A stretch of DNA of 35,383 bases, taken from Thermococcus sp. (GTDB lineage Archaea > Methanobacteriota_B > Thermococci > Thermococcales > Thermococcaceae). The notes under the pieces are model-generated. The model had not been told where the DNA came from. It searched no databases and worked only from the letters and a program-made list of their open reading frames with translations. The stretch is taken from positions 1-35,383 of the forward strand of contig JALSNG010000064.1 of NCBI GenBank assembly GCA_026987155.1, given 5' to 3'. Positions 9,296 to 18,589 of this stretch are shown in pieces (within the stretch, counting starts at the first letter, position 1; each line of letters begins with the position of its first letter). A program made the position numbers and the translations under genes.

Positions 9296-10492
9296 ATGGA
9301 CAGGAAGTGGCTTACTGTACTGTTGAACACACTTGTCGTTGCCTCTGGCTTTGGCACGATGCACATGCTTGAGAAGTTCAAGGATGCAGTGCTGGTTCAC
9401 TACGGAATATCGGTGGGGGCCATGGGATATCAGCAGACGGCTTTTGTGGTTGGTCTGTTCGTGGCTTTCCTCTTGGGGGGCACGGGTCTTTTTAAGGGAT
9501 CTTTTAAGCGCAGTGTGGCATTGATAATGAGTTTTGCCGCAATTCCTCAGTTCATAATTCCTTTCCTCGGAAACTGGTGGCTTGTCGTGCTCTTAAGATT
9601 CTTCCAGGGTTTTATAGTGGCGTTGATAGCCGTTTTCAGTAATCAGGTAGGGAGGTTATTCCTTGCGGAAAGGCCCTTTGCAAAGGGGGTTATCCTCTCG
9701 GGGATCTTCTGGGGTGGTATGTACGGAATCCTGCTCGCCAGATGGTCCTCCGGCACTTATTCTGGGTGGAAATCCGTGGAAATGGCATTTCTAATTTCTG
9801 CCGTGGTGATGTATGCCGTTCTTGCTCTCTGGTGGTTTTTTGTTGAAGACTTTGAGATCCCCAGACAAGGAAGGAGTGGGGGTAGTATTAACGTCTGGAA
9901 GCTTCCTTTCACGTGGGTCTTTGGCTTCACGTTCTTCCCCGCCCTTTGGATAATATTTACGCTGGGCTCATTCACTCTCCACAACGTTAGGTTCTCCCAG
10001 GAGCAGGTCGCAAACCTCGTCATGGCACTGGAGATTTCCATGGGCCTATGGTCAATACTAATGGGCTACACGGGGTACAGGCTCTCCCTTAGGAACACAA
10101 CGAGCAGGGGCCTGTTCAGGGCAATAGTTAACGTCATGACTTTTTCCTATGTTATTACATTCCTCGGCATCTTTGTGGTCTGGAAGGCGATATCGGCCAA
10201 CGATTACACCTTGGCTCTGTTGGGCATAGCCATAACCGGGATAGTGCAGGGCACTGGGCCGGCTTTCTGGACAACTGCACCGGCGGCTTATCCGAAGGAG
10301 GTGTATCCTGAGGCAAGCTTTGCCCTTGGGCTGATATCCAACAGTGCAAACGCGGTTGCCCCTAACGTCATGTTCGTTCTTGTAAACGGGGTTGCCACTG
10401 GTATGGTGATATACCTTTTCATGGCTGTCATGGGGATACTCCTCTTGATAGCGTCGAGCAGAATGAAACTCCCCGTTGAGGTTCTCCCATGA
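9296..10492 (+). CDS. Major facilitator superfamily transporter
   Basis: About 12 hydrophobic segments, LRFFQG motif B, about 400 aa. Confidence 0.85.
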   Translation: MDRKWLTVLLNTLVVASGFGTMHMLEKFKDAVLVHYGISVGAMGYQQTAFVVGLFVAFLLGGTGLFKGSFKRSVALIMSFAAIPQFIIPFLGNWWLVVLLRFFQGFIVALIAVFSNQVGRLFLAERPFAKGVILSGIFWGGMYGILLARWSSGTYSGWKSVEMAFLISAVVMYAVLALWWFFVEDFEIPRQGRSGGSINVWKLPFTWVFGFTFFPALWIIFTLGSFTLHNVRFSQEQVANLVMALEISMGLWSILMGYTGYRLSLRNTTSRGLFRAIVNVMTFSYVITFLGIFVVWKAISANDYTLALLGIAITGIVQGTGPAFWTTAPAAYPKEVYPEASFALGLISNSANAVAPNVMFVLVNGVATGMVIYLFMAVMGILLLIASSRMKLPVEVLP

Positions 10493-10563
10493 CTCTTCCT
10501 TTTTATTCGTGAATTCTTAAGGGAAGCCATTTTTAATAGGTTGCCCAAAAAACCTCCCCAACA

Positions 10564-10854
10564 GCCTTTGGGAAAGGATGGAGAAAAGAACGCCTCTCCT
10601 TAAAGAGCAAAAACCAGTCGTGCGTTGGTCAAGTGAGATTTGGGCGGGTTGAGGAGGAATTAAGACTTCAAAGCAGTTTTAACTTTGTGCTGGCGTCCAT
10701 GGGGATTCTTTAGAGAATAAACCCTGAAAACTGCCCATTGAGGCATTTAAAGCCTGCTAAAAAAGGACATCTTGGAAACACGCCCATCTTCCCGCCAGCG
10801 TTGAGGCTTTTGGAAAAAGCTTCACCAAAGAAACTTTGCTGGGCAAAGTTTCTT
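10564..10854. repeat. Hairpin-bounded non-coding element downstream of tRNA-Val (REP/MITE-like candidate)
   Basis: Two related 25-mers (10564-10588 and 10806-10830; 17/25 identical, each containing a hairpin) and a perfect 12-bp inverted repeat at 10828-10854. No credible ORF. Confidence 0.45.
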
Positions 10855-10855
10855 A

Positions 10856-10932
10856 TGGTGGGCCCGCGGGGATTCGAACCCCGGACCTCCACCTTGTAAG
10901 GGTGGCGTCATAACCGTCTAGACCACGGGCCC
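10856..10932 (-). tRNA. tRNA-Val(TAC), 77 nt, CCA encoded, no intron
   Basis: Reverse complement is GGGCCCG...CCACC-CTTACAA-GGTGG...CGGGG-TTCGAAT-CCCCG-CGGGCCC-ACCA, a full cloverleaf. TTTATAA box at 10959-10965 upstream. Confidence 0.98.
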
Positions 10933-10967
10933 GCCCGGAATAAGAAAAGGGGGGCACGTTATAAATC

Positions 10968-12710
10968 TTACCCTCCCACTCCCCTGCGCACCTTAACCGC
11001 TAAACCGCTCTGAAAAAGTTTCAGCTCCTCGCCGTTGAGTAGTGTTTGACCCGTTGCCAGAAGCTCGTCCTTCTCATTTACCACTAAGACCTCGTCGTAG
11101 GGCCTGATTGAGGGGTCGGCATCGACTACGAACTTTGCGAAGACGTTCTTTCCGCGCTTCGCGAAGGGCTCGGCGTCGCTGTTAACCACAACGCGCATCC
11201 GCGGGAACGGGAGAACCTTATGGAGCCTCTTAGCCCCCTCGATGCCGAGGGTCAGGAGGCCGTCCTCAGCCCTGAAGGTCGCGAGGTGTTTGCCCTTCGC
11301 CTTTATCTGCCTTGGCATTCCGGTCTTTCTCGACAGCTCAACGAATGCATCCTTAAACGCCTCGCCGGCCCCTTCTCCGAACTGATACTCCGCTATGGCC
11401 ATGATGTAGTCTCTGGCCTCACCCTTTCCTGGTCTCTCTATCGTGAAGTCCTCCTCGCCCTCGCTCTGGGCGAAGGGGTAGCTCAGCGAGAGGTACTTCG
11501 GAATCCTGCCGAATATCGGGTGTTCTATCGTCTCGGGGAACTTGCTCTTAACGCACTCCGCCCTCTCCTTAGCGCGCTGGGCGATCGGCCAGCGCAGTGC
11601 CTCTTCGCTCACCTCGAAGAAGGCACTCGCCTTAGTTACAGGCTCGTTCTTTTCGAGGTAGTCCCTGTACTCCAGCAGTCTCTTGTAGGCGGAATAAAGC
11701 TTCGGGTGTGAGCGAGCCCTCTCGTCCACGAGCTCCCAGAGTGTTCCCTCCTTTATCGCCTGCTTGACCCGGTTGAGCTCCTCGCGGATTACCCAGAGGT
11801 TGTGAATTGCCAAAAGCCTCGTCCTTTCTTCCTTCGGCATCTCGCGGAGCTCCTGAGGAGTGTAGCGGGAACAGACTGGGCAGGAGCAGGGGAAGTACTC
11901 CAGCTCTTCGAGCCTCTTAGTCCCTTCTGGAGTCAGGTAGCGGTCGTCCTTCGCGTAGAGGGCGTAGCTCGCGGAATCGAAGAGGTCTATCCCCATCGCG
12001 ACAGCTAAAGCGAAAATCATCGGGTGTCCCGCGCCGAACAGATGAACCGGCCTGTCGGGCCTTAAACCGAGCTTTGAAGCGATAACGACATCAACAAGGT
12101 CTTTATATCTGTAGCTCTCCATGAGCGGGACGACTGCCCCAATTGGATGAATCTCAAAGTTCATTTTGCTTAGCTTCTTGGCTGCATATGTTCTGAGGTC
12201 CGGATAAGTCGAGCCTTGAACTGCCGCGTTCATCGCGATGTTCTTGAGCATTTCGGCCTCTTTTGCCCGTTCAAGGGTTATCTCTAAGTCCCGGGCGGCC
12301 CTTTCCCTTGGTGTGTCTGGTGGAGTCGGAATGTCAAGGAAAGTTCCGATATCAACGCCAATTTTTTCTTGAAATTCGATTATCTCCCTGTTTGTAACCT
12401 CCACATCTCCATATCGCATCAGCTGAAAGGAGCCCGAATCGACCTCGATGATACCGTCGTAATCGAGGAGCCCGTGAATTCCAAGCTCAAGGGCCTTCTC
12501 CCTGAGTTCAGGCGTCTTGTAGATGATGTAGGAGTTGGTGATTATCATTCCAAAGCCGATATCTTCCAGTTCCTTTGGCGTCACTATAAGTTGCTTTGGG
12601 TTTACGACCGGCATTATAGCCGGAGTCTCAATCGTTTTTCCGTTAACGCTCAGCTTTCCTATCCTTCCGGCGGCGTCTCTCGCCTTGACCTCAAACCTGA
12701 ACTCGACCAT
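10968..12710 (-). CDS. tgtA: Archaeosine tRNA-guanine(15) transglycosylase (ArcTGT)
   Basis: VDSGSFQL, HLFGAGHP, DLFDSASY, Zn site CSCPVC...H, C-terminal PUA domain; 580 aa. Confidence 0.96.
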   Translation of the reverse strand: MVEFRFEVKARDAAGRIGKLSVNGKTIETPAIMPVVNPKQLIVTPKELEDIGFGMIITNSYIIYKTPELREKALELGIHGLLDYDGIIEVDSGSFQLMRYGDVEVTNREIIEFQEKIGVDIGTFLDIPTPPDTPRERAARDLEITLERAKEAEMLKNIAMNAAVQGSTYPDLRTYAAKKLSKMNFEIHPIGAVVPLMESYRYKDLVDVVIASKLGLRPDRPVHLFGAGHPMIFALAVAMGIDLFDSASYALYAKDDRYLTPEGTKRLEELEYFPCSCPVCSRYTPQELREMPKEERTRLLAIHNLWVIREELNRVKQAIKEGTLWELVDERARSHPKLYSAYKRLLEYRDYLEKNEPVTKASAFFEVSEEALRWPIAQRAKERAECVKSKFPETIEHPIFGRIPKYLSLSYPFAQSEGEEDFTIERPGKGEARDYIMAIAEYQFGEGAGEAFKDAFVELSRKTGMPRQIKAKGKHLATFRAEDGLLTLGIEGAKRLHKVLPFPRMRVVVNSDAEPFAKRGKNVFAKFVVDADPSIRPYDEVLVVNEKDELLATGQTLLNGEELKLFQSGLAVKVRRGVGG

Positions 12711-12751
12711 CTCTCAACACCGCTGAGACCTTCGGCGGGGGGTTTAAAAGC

Positions 12752-13681
12752 CTAAGCTAAGAACGTGATGAGGAGGTAGGCTATGGTTCCCGCGAAAACC
12801 GGGGCTATTACCCAGCCCTTCACTATTCCGATGAGGAGTTTGATGTTCACATGCTCGCCTTTGTATAACCCCAGGCCGCCTATCGCTCCTACTATGGCCT
12901 GGCCCGAGCTTACGGGCAGGCCTATCAGGTTGGCCGCGCTCACTGCTAAAGATGCACCGAACTGGCTTGAAAAGGCCGACGTTGGCCCGAGGGGTGAGAT
13001 GTCCCTCCCGACTGTCATCATCACCTCGTAGCTGAAGGTCAGCGCTCCCATGGTTAGGGTGAGCGCCAGGAAGAGCTTAAACGGTCCGTTCACTCCTAAC
13101 CCTTCCATCAGTCCAGCGACGTTGGAGAGCTCGTTGGCACCGAGGTTGAAGGCTGAGAAAGCGGAAGCCGTGAAGACGAGCCACTTCTGGGTCAGTTCAA
13201 GGTTTCTTAGGCATTTTATCCTTCTCACTACGGGCTTGTAGAGGCGGTAGAGGGCCACCGCGAAGAGAGCGGCAACGATCGGTGAGAGAACCCACGCCGA
13301 TGCTATCTCTCCAACGGTCCACCAGTCGATCGGCAGCCCAAGGGCAAGTGAGGCCCCAACGAGGCCGCCTATTATGGACTGGGTCGTTGAGATTGGCCTT
13401 CCCCAGAGGCTCGCGAGGGTTACAGCGGAGGCGGCGCTGAAGAGGACGAAACCGACCTCAACCGCGGACATTCCCTCGGCCAGTCCGCTGACCGTTCCAG
13501 AAACGCTGGAACCACCGATGATAACGCCGAGCGTTGTGAAGATACCTATGAGTAGCACGGCCCGTTTGAAGCCGATAATCCCTGAGCCAACGGCGGTTCC
13601 AACGGCCTTTGCACTGTCGTTAGCGCCTATCGCCCACGCCATGAAGAACGCCGCCGAGATTACTTCTATCATAGGCATCAC
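12752..13681 (-). CDS. PiT-family inorganic phosphate transporter
   Basis: IGANDSA...GTAVGSG, PISTTQ, second repeat GANE and PVSSGQ. Start could be 13681, 13678 or 13672. Confidence 0.9.
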   Translation of the reverse strand: MMPMIEVISAAFFMAWAIGANDSAKAVGTAVGSGIIGFKRAVLLIGIFTTLGVIIGGSSVSGTVSGLAEGMSAVEVGFVLFSAASAVTLASLWGRPISTTQSIIGGLVGASLALGLPIDWWTVGEIASAWVLSPIVAALFAVALYRLYKPVVRRIKCLRNLELTQKWLVFTASAFSAFNLGANELSNVAGLMEGLGVNGPFKLFLALTLTMGALTFSYEVMMTVGRDISPLGPTSAFSSQFGASLAVSAANLIGLPVSSGQAIVGAIGGLGLYKGEHVNIKLLIGIVKGWVIAPVFAGTIAYLLITFLA

Positions 13682-13753
13682 TATAGTTCATGTGTTTCCC
13701 CATAGTCTATATAGTCTATGTGGCACATGGTTGTGCATCTTAAAAGCTTTTCC

Positions 13754-14800
13754 TCAAAGTCTGCCGGATAGCTTCATCCCGTAACCGTACAGGTGGAGAG
13801 AGAGGTAGAACGCGGCCAGAAACCACAGGATAACTGGGAAGAGAAGAGCGTTTCTGAGCTTTCCACCCTCCACAGCAGTTGGCACGAGCATAGTTAGGGC
13901 TTCAAAGCCCCACCAGAGGAGGAGGCCCCACCAAAGGCCGCTGAGGAGAAGGATTGGGGGGAGAAGAACGTCGATGGCAGCTATTATGTCTGAGAGGAGC
14001 ATGAAGGCCCAGTCCTTTGTGAATCCCCCTCCCATCTTTTTCATGTCTCCAAAAACCCAGCGCTTTCGCTGTCTCCAGAGGCTGCCCATTGTGGTCGGCA
14101 TCTCGGTCCAGACCCTCGCTTTTGGTGCGTAGACAACTTTCCCAAACTCCTTAACGGCCTTCGTCGTGGCGTAGTCCTCGACGATGTCCTCGATGAAGCC
14201 GCCGATCCTCTCAAGGGCCTCCCTGCGGAAGGCCGCTATCGGGCCGGGAGCGAGGCTCAAATCATCGAGCTCCTTCGCTCGCCTGAACATTGCTATTCTT
14301 AGGTGCTCTATGTCTTGTATGAGCTCCGGCAGGGTGTTCCCCATCACCCTTACCTGTCCGCCGACGCCGACAACTTCTTCGGAGTAGAAACGCCTCACGA
14401 GCTCCTTGAGGGCATCCCTCTCGAGGAAGCTATCGCCGTCCGTCATCGCTATTATCTCGCCATTCGCAAATTTCAGTCCGGCGTTCAGAGCACCCGCTTT
14501 CCCCCTGTGCGGTTCTCTCACTACTTTTAGCCTTGGGTCGCTCACGGAGCGCGCCGCATCGTAGGTGTTGTCCTCGCTCCCGTCGTCGACAACTATGACT
14601 TCGAAGTTCGGATAATCCTGCTCGAGGGCCGCTTTTATCGCCCTGATTATTCTCTTTCCCTCGTTGTAGGCCGGGATTATAAGGCTGACCCTTGGCTCCC
14701 ACTCGCGCGTTGAGTAGGGTTTTCTAATGCTCAGGAGGTAGTTTAGGAAGAAGTAGCCGTCCCAGAGAACGACCGGGATGAGCAGGAGGAGCGGGTTCAT
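13754..14800 (-). CDS. GT2 family membrane glycosyltransferase (cellulose synthase/PgaC-like)
   Basis: IIPAYNE, VDDGSED, GKAGALN, DGD, ED and QRKRW motifs, with flanking TM helices. ATG at 14800 lies about 25 nt after a TATA-like box, so it is probably leaderless. Confidence 0.9.
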   Translation of the reverse strand: MNPLLLLIPVVLWDGYFFLNYLLSIRKPYSTREWEPRVSLIIPAYNEGKRIIRAIKAALEQDYPNFEVIVVDDGSEDNTYDAARSVSDPRLKVVREPHRGKAGALNAGLKFANGEIIAMTDGDSFLERDALKELVRRFYSEEVVGVGGQVRVMGNTLPELIQDIEHLRIAMFRRAKELDDLSLAPGPIAAFRREALERIGGFIEDIVEDYATTKAVKEFGKVVYAPKARVWTEMPTTMGSLWRQRKRWVFGDMKKMGGGFTKDWAFMLLSDIIAAIDVLLPPILLLSGLWWGLLLWWGFEALTMLVPTAVEGGKLRNALLFPVILWFLAAFYLSLHLYGYGMKLSGRL

Positions 14801-14893
14801 GGGAATAGTTCGGGATATGGGATTTTTAATTGTGTCGATATCTAAGAACGCAGGATATGGCGCGTTGAACCCCAAAATCTACCAGCGGAGGAT

Positions 14894-15310
14894 CTATTCA
14901 CGCACTACGGTGACGTCCAGCTTTTCGAAATCTCGATCAAAGGTGTAAATCTCCTCTATTCCAAGCTCCCTCATCTTAACGTAGGCTAAGGCATCGTTCA
15001 CCCCAAGGTTTCTCTCTTCGGCTATAAGCGAGGCCTTGAGGCAGTCTCCCGCGGAAACCGGCAGAACCTCGATGTTCTCGCTTGTCAGAATCGCCAAAAG
15101 TACTTCAGCGGCTTTTCTCTTTCCACCCCTGCTTTCAATGACGTTGGCAACTTCGCTCAGGTGGACAACTGTGGTAACCACTCTCTCACCTTTGCTGATC
15201 CTTTCGATTATGCCCTGTGCTTTCTCCTTGATAAGTTTAATATTCTCTGGAGGCTCCTTTCTTGGCTTCAAAAACGCGTAGATGAAGACGTTGGCATCGG
15301 CGAACCTCAT
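14894..15310 (-). CDS. vapC: VapC PIN-domain toxin
   Basis: FADANVF, LSEV, VNDA and YTFDRDF acidic PIN residues. ATGA overlap with the antitoxin stop. Confidence 0.9.
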   Translation of the reverse strand: MRFADANVFIYAFLKPRKEPPENIKLIKEKAQGIIERISKGERVVTTVVHLSEVANVIESRGGKRKAAEVLLAILTSENIEVLPVSAGDCLKASLIAEERNLGVNDALAYVKMRELGIEEIYTFDRDFEKLDVTVVRE

Positions 15311-15525
15311 TCCGCCCACAGCTCCTTTTTAAGCTCTTCCCACTCCTTCAGCTCCTCCACCTCGATGCTGTCAAAGAACTTTTTTAGGTCAGCCCTCCTC
15401 CTTGGCAATAACTCCACCCTGTCGCCGAGGTCAACTATCATCACTTCCTCCCCAAGCTTCTCCCTCAGCTCCTTCGGCAGGAGAAGTCGCCCCTGGGGGT
15501 CGAACCTTTTCACCAGAATTTCCAT
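15307..15525 (-). CDS. vapB: AbrB/MazE-fold antitoxin (VapB)
   Basis: KRFDPQGRLLLPKELREKLG AbrB motif with an acidic C-terminus; directly upstream of vapC. Confidence 0.88.
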   Translation of the reverse strand: MEILVKRFDPQGRLLLPKELREKLGEEVMIVDLGDRVELLPRRRADLKKFFDSIEVEELKEWEELKKELWAE

Positions 15526-15586
15526 GCAATCACCATTTTTTAGTTAATCCACCATGCATAAATAGTTTTTGGTAAAGGGGGGGCTT

Positions 15587-15898
15587 TCAACCTTTATCCG
15601 GGAGTTCCAAGGAGGGAGATCTTCCAACCCTGTACTTCACCACATAGCGACCGTGCTCGAACTCATCTTCCTCGGCCTCCAAAACCTCCACCGGCTCGAT
15701 TTCCAGGCCGAAGTCCATTGCCTCCCACTTGATATCATCGAAGTAGTCGTATAAACCGCAGGTGGCGCAGAAGGAGCCTTCAAATTCCATAATGACCTCG
15801 TCACCCTCAACTCGAAGTATCCTTGCTTGAGCCTCGCTTCCGTGAAGCCTGTTGAACTCCTCAAGGATCCTGCCCAGCTGTCCAATCTTCCCTTCCAT
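15587..15898 (-). CDS. Small acidic CxxC protein, Nfu/NifU-C-like (hypothetical)
   Basis: GGTGA RBS and TATA upstream; motif EFEGSFCATCGLYDYFDD. Confidence 0.65.
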   Translation of the reverse strand: MEGKIGQLGRILEEFNRLHGSEAQARILRVEGDEVIMEFEGSFCATCGLYDYFDDIKWEAMDFGLEIEPVEVLEAEEDEFEHGRYVVKYRVGRSPSLELPDKG

Positions 15899-15988
15899 TC
15901 TCTCACCGATTTCAGTTCTTAATCGGTACTTAAAAAGTTTGTTAGGTTAACCGAATAGTTTAAAAATCCAAAGCCCAACCATCCCCCG

Positions 15989-18589
15989 ATGAGCGGGGAA
16001 AGGATAAGACACGCCGAGAGAGAATACACTGACGAGGAGATATTTGAGATACTCAGCGAGCCGGTTAGGGAGTGGTTTAGGCGGAAGTTTGGGACATTTA
16101 CGCCACCACAGCGCTACGCCGTCCTTGAGATTCACAAAGGCGAGAACGTGCTCATCTCATCGCCAACCGGTTCTGGAAAGACGCTCTCAGCTTTCCTCGC
16201 GGCGATAAATGAGCTGATACTCTTGGCTAAGGAGGGAAAACTTGAGGACAAAATCTATGTGCTCTACGTCTCCCCGCTGAGGGCGCTCAACAACGACATC
16301 AAGAGGAACCTTGAGGGGCCTTTGGCGGAGATAAAGGAAGTTGCCAGAGAACTCGGCTACGAACTTCCAGAAATCCGCGTCGGAATAAGGACGAGCGATA
16401 CTTCAAGCTACGAGAAGAGCAAGATGGTCAAGAGGCCGCCGCATATTCTGATAACAACCCCTGAGAGCCTTGCAATAGCCCTGAACGCCCCCAAGTTCCG
16501 CGAGAGGCTTAAGACGGTCAAATACCTCATCATAGACGAGGTTCACGCCTTAGCCGAGAACAAGAGGGGAAGTCACCTCACCCTGAGCGTCGAGAGGCTC
16601 GCCCACTGGTCGGAGAACGGGTTCGTGAGGATAGGACTGAGCGCAACGATTCATCCGCTTGAGGAGGTCGCCAAGTTCGTCTTCGGCTTTGAAAACGGAA
16701 AGCCGAGACCAGGACTAATAGTTGACGTCAGCTTCGCCAAGGAGACTAAGATATGGGTCGAGAGCGTGGTTGACGACCTTGTCTATACCGACGCCGGGAC
16801 GCTCAGCAATGCCCTGTACCGCCGCTTAGCGGAGCTCATCAGGGAGCACAGGACAACGCTAATCTTCACAAACACGAGGAGTGGTGCTGAGAGGGTCGCA
16901 TACAATCTAAAAAAGCGCTTTCCGGAGTTTGAGGGCCTGATAGAGGCACACCACTCAAGCCTTTCGAGAGAGGTTCGCCTTGATGTAGAGGAGAGGCTCA
17001 AGAGGGGTGAGCTTAGGGCGGTTGTAACCAGTACATCTCTTGAGCTTGGGATTGACATAGGCACAATAGATTTGGTTGTCCTTATCGGTTCGCCGAAGAG
17101 CGTTAATAGGGCCCTACAGAGGATTGGAAGGGCCGGCCACAGGCTCCACGACGTTAGTAAAGGAGTAATCCTCGCCCTCGACAGGGATGATTTAGTCGAG
17201 GTTACCGTTTTGGCTCACAACGCCCGCAACAGAAGGCTCGACCGGATAAGGATTCCCAAGAACCCCCTCGATGTCCTCGTCCAGCATCTCTTGGGCATGG
17301 CCCTCAACCAGGTGTGGGAAGTTGAAGAAGCCTACAACCTCGTGAGGCGCGCTTATCCCTTCAGGAACCTGCCTTTTGAGGACTTCATGAGCGTTCTCCG
17401 CTATCTTGCCGGGGAATACGCTGGCCTGGAGGAGAGGAAGGTCTACGCGAAGATATGGCTTGAGGACGGGAAATTTGGAAAGCGCGGTAAGATGACGAGG
17501 GCGATATACTACATGAACACTGGCACGATACCGGACGAGGCAAAGATTAGGGTCTACACCATGGACAAGGTGCTAATTGGCACGGTGGAGGAAGAGTTTG
17601 CAGAGCGCTTAATGCCCGGTGACATCTTCGTTCTGGCTGGGAGGACCTACGAGTTCGTTAAGAGCAGGGGCAACAAGATTTACGTGATTCCCCGTGAGGG
17701 TGCTAAGCCCACCATCCCGGCATGGTTCTCGGAGATGCTTCCGCTCAGCTTTGACTTGGCCTTAGATGTCCAGCGCTTCAGGAGAGAGGTTGCCAGCTTA
17801 GTGGGCAACCGCCGCGCCAAGGGCCTGCTCATGAGAAAGTACGGCATAGATGAGAGGGCAGCCAAGGCGATTTTAGCTTATTTCCGCGAGCAGGTGAAGT
17901 ACTCAACGGTTCCGGACGATGAGACGGTTCTCGTTGAAGAGGTCCTCGGGGAGAAGCGCAACCGCTACTTTTTCCACACGCTCATTGGGAGGCGTGCCAA
18001 CGATGCCCTGAGCAGGGCCTTTGCATATCTCGTGAGCAAGAAAAAGAAGACCAACGTCGGCGTTGCCATAAACGACAACGGCTTCGCCCTGCTCCTACCT
18101 CCAGAGAAAAGACTGAGTGAGGAGGAAATAATGGAGCTTTTCCAGATTGAGGATCTCAGAGAGGTTCTTAAGAGGGCCCTCGACAACACCGAGCTCCTCA
18201 AGAGGCGCTTCAGGCACGTCGCCAACCGTGGGCTTTTAATACTTAGGAGGTACGTTGGAAGGAGCAAGCGTCTCGGAAGGCAACAGGTCATGGCAGTGGC
18301 ACTGCTGAAGGTTCTCAAGGAAAACTATCCGGACTTTCCGCTCCTCAAGGAAGTCTACCGCGAGATAATGGAGGACAAGATGGACGTTGAGGCCGCTGAG
18401 CTCTTCCTGGGCTGGATTAAAGAGGGTAGGATGAGGGTGGTGGTAGAGCACAACGAACTCCCGAGTCCGTTCGCCTTCAACCTTGAGGCCATAGGCTCAA
18501 GCGACGTGGTTCTCATGGAGGACAGAAGGGAACTTATCAAGCAGCTCCACAGAAAAATAATGGCGATGATAGAGGCTAAAACACCCTGA
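15989..18589 (+). CDS. lhr: Lhr-family SF2 ATP-dependent helicase (archaeal Lhr-core)
   Basis: Q motif FTPPQ, SPTGSGKT, DEVH, GLSAT, HHSSLS, LELGIDIG, QRIGRAGH, GTIPD and the IPAWFSE Lhr signature. Confidence 0.94.
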   Translation: MSGERIRHAEREYTDEEIFEILSEPVREWFRRKFGTFTPPQRYAVLEIHKGENVLISSPTGSGKTLSAFLAAINELILLAKEGKLEDKIYVLYVSPLRALNNDIKRNLEGPLAEIKEVARELGYELPEIRVGIRTSDTSSYEKSKMVKRPPHILITTPESLAIALNAPKFRERLKTVKYLIIDEVHALAENKRGSHLTLSVERLAHWSENGFVRIGLSATIHPLEEVAKFVFGFENGKPRPGLIVDVSFAKETKIWVESVVDDLVYTDAGTLSNALYRRLAELIREHRTTLIFTNTRSGAERVAYNLKKRFPEFEGLIEAHHSSLSREVRLDVEERLKRGELRAVVTSTSLELGIDIGTIDLVVLIGSPKSVNRALQRIGRAGHRLHDVSKGVILALDRDDLVEVTVLAHNARNRRLDRIRIPKNPLDVLVQHLLGMALNQVWEVEEAYNLVRRAYPFRNLPFEDFMSVLRYLAGEYAGLEERKVYAKIWLEDGKFGKRGKMTRAIYYMNTGTIPDEAKIRVYTMDKVLIGTVEEEFAERLMPGDIFVLAGRTYEFVKSRGNKIYVIPREGAKPTIPAWFSEMLPLSFDLALDVQRFRREVASLVGNRRAKGLLMRKYGIDERAAKAILAYFREQVKYSTVPDDETVLVEEVLGEKRNRYFFHTLIGRRANDALSRAFAYLVSKKKKTNVGVAINDNGFALLLPPEKRLSEEEIMELFQIEDLREVLKRALDNTELLKRRFRHVANRGLLILRRYVGRSKRLGRQQVMAVALLKVLKENYPDFPLLKEVYREIMEDKMDVEAAELFLGWIKEGRMRVVVEHNELPSPFAFNLEAIGSSDVVLMEDRRELIKQLHRKIMAMIEAKTP

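Noticed and set aside
10564-10854. CRISPR array
   Set aside because: Only two or three degenerate units with irregular spacing, no 30-bp repeats with 35-45 nt spacers, and no cas genes.
10710-10892. 60-aa ORF overlapping tRNA-Val
   Set aside because: It starts inside the tRNA; GSNP is just the translated T-loop.
10493-10932. Integrated virus or plasmid at tRNA-Val
   Set aside because: No integrase fragment and no duplicated tRNA 3' half (att site) were seen in the window.
15989-18589. Intein in Lhr
   Set aside because: Helicase motifs are contiguous, the length is normal (866 aa), and no intein splice or LAGLIDADG motifs were seen.
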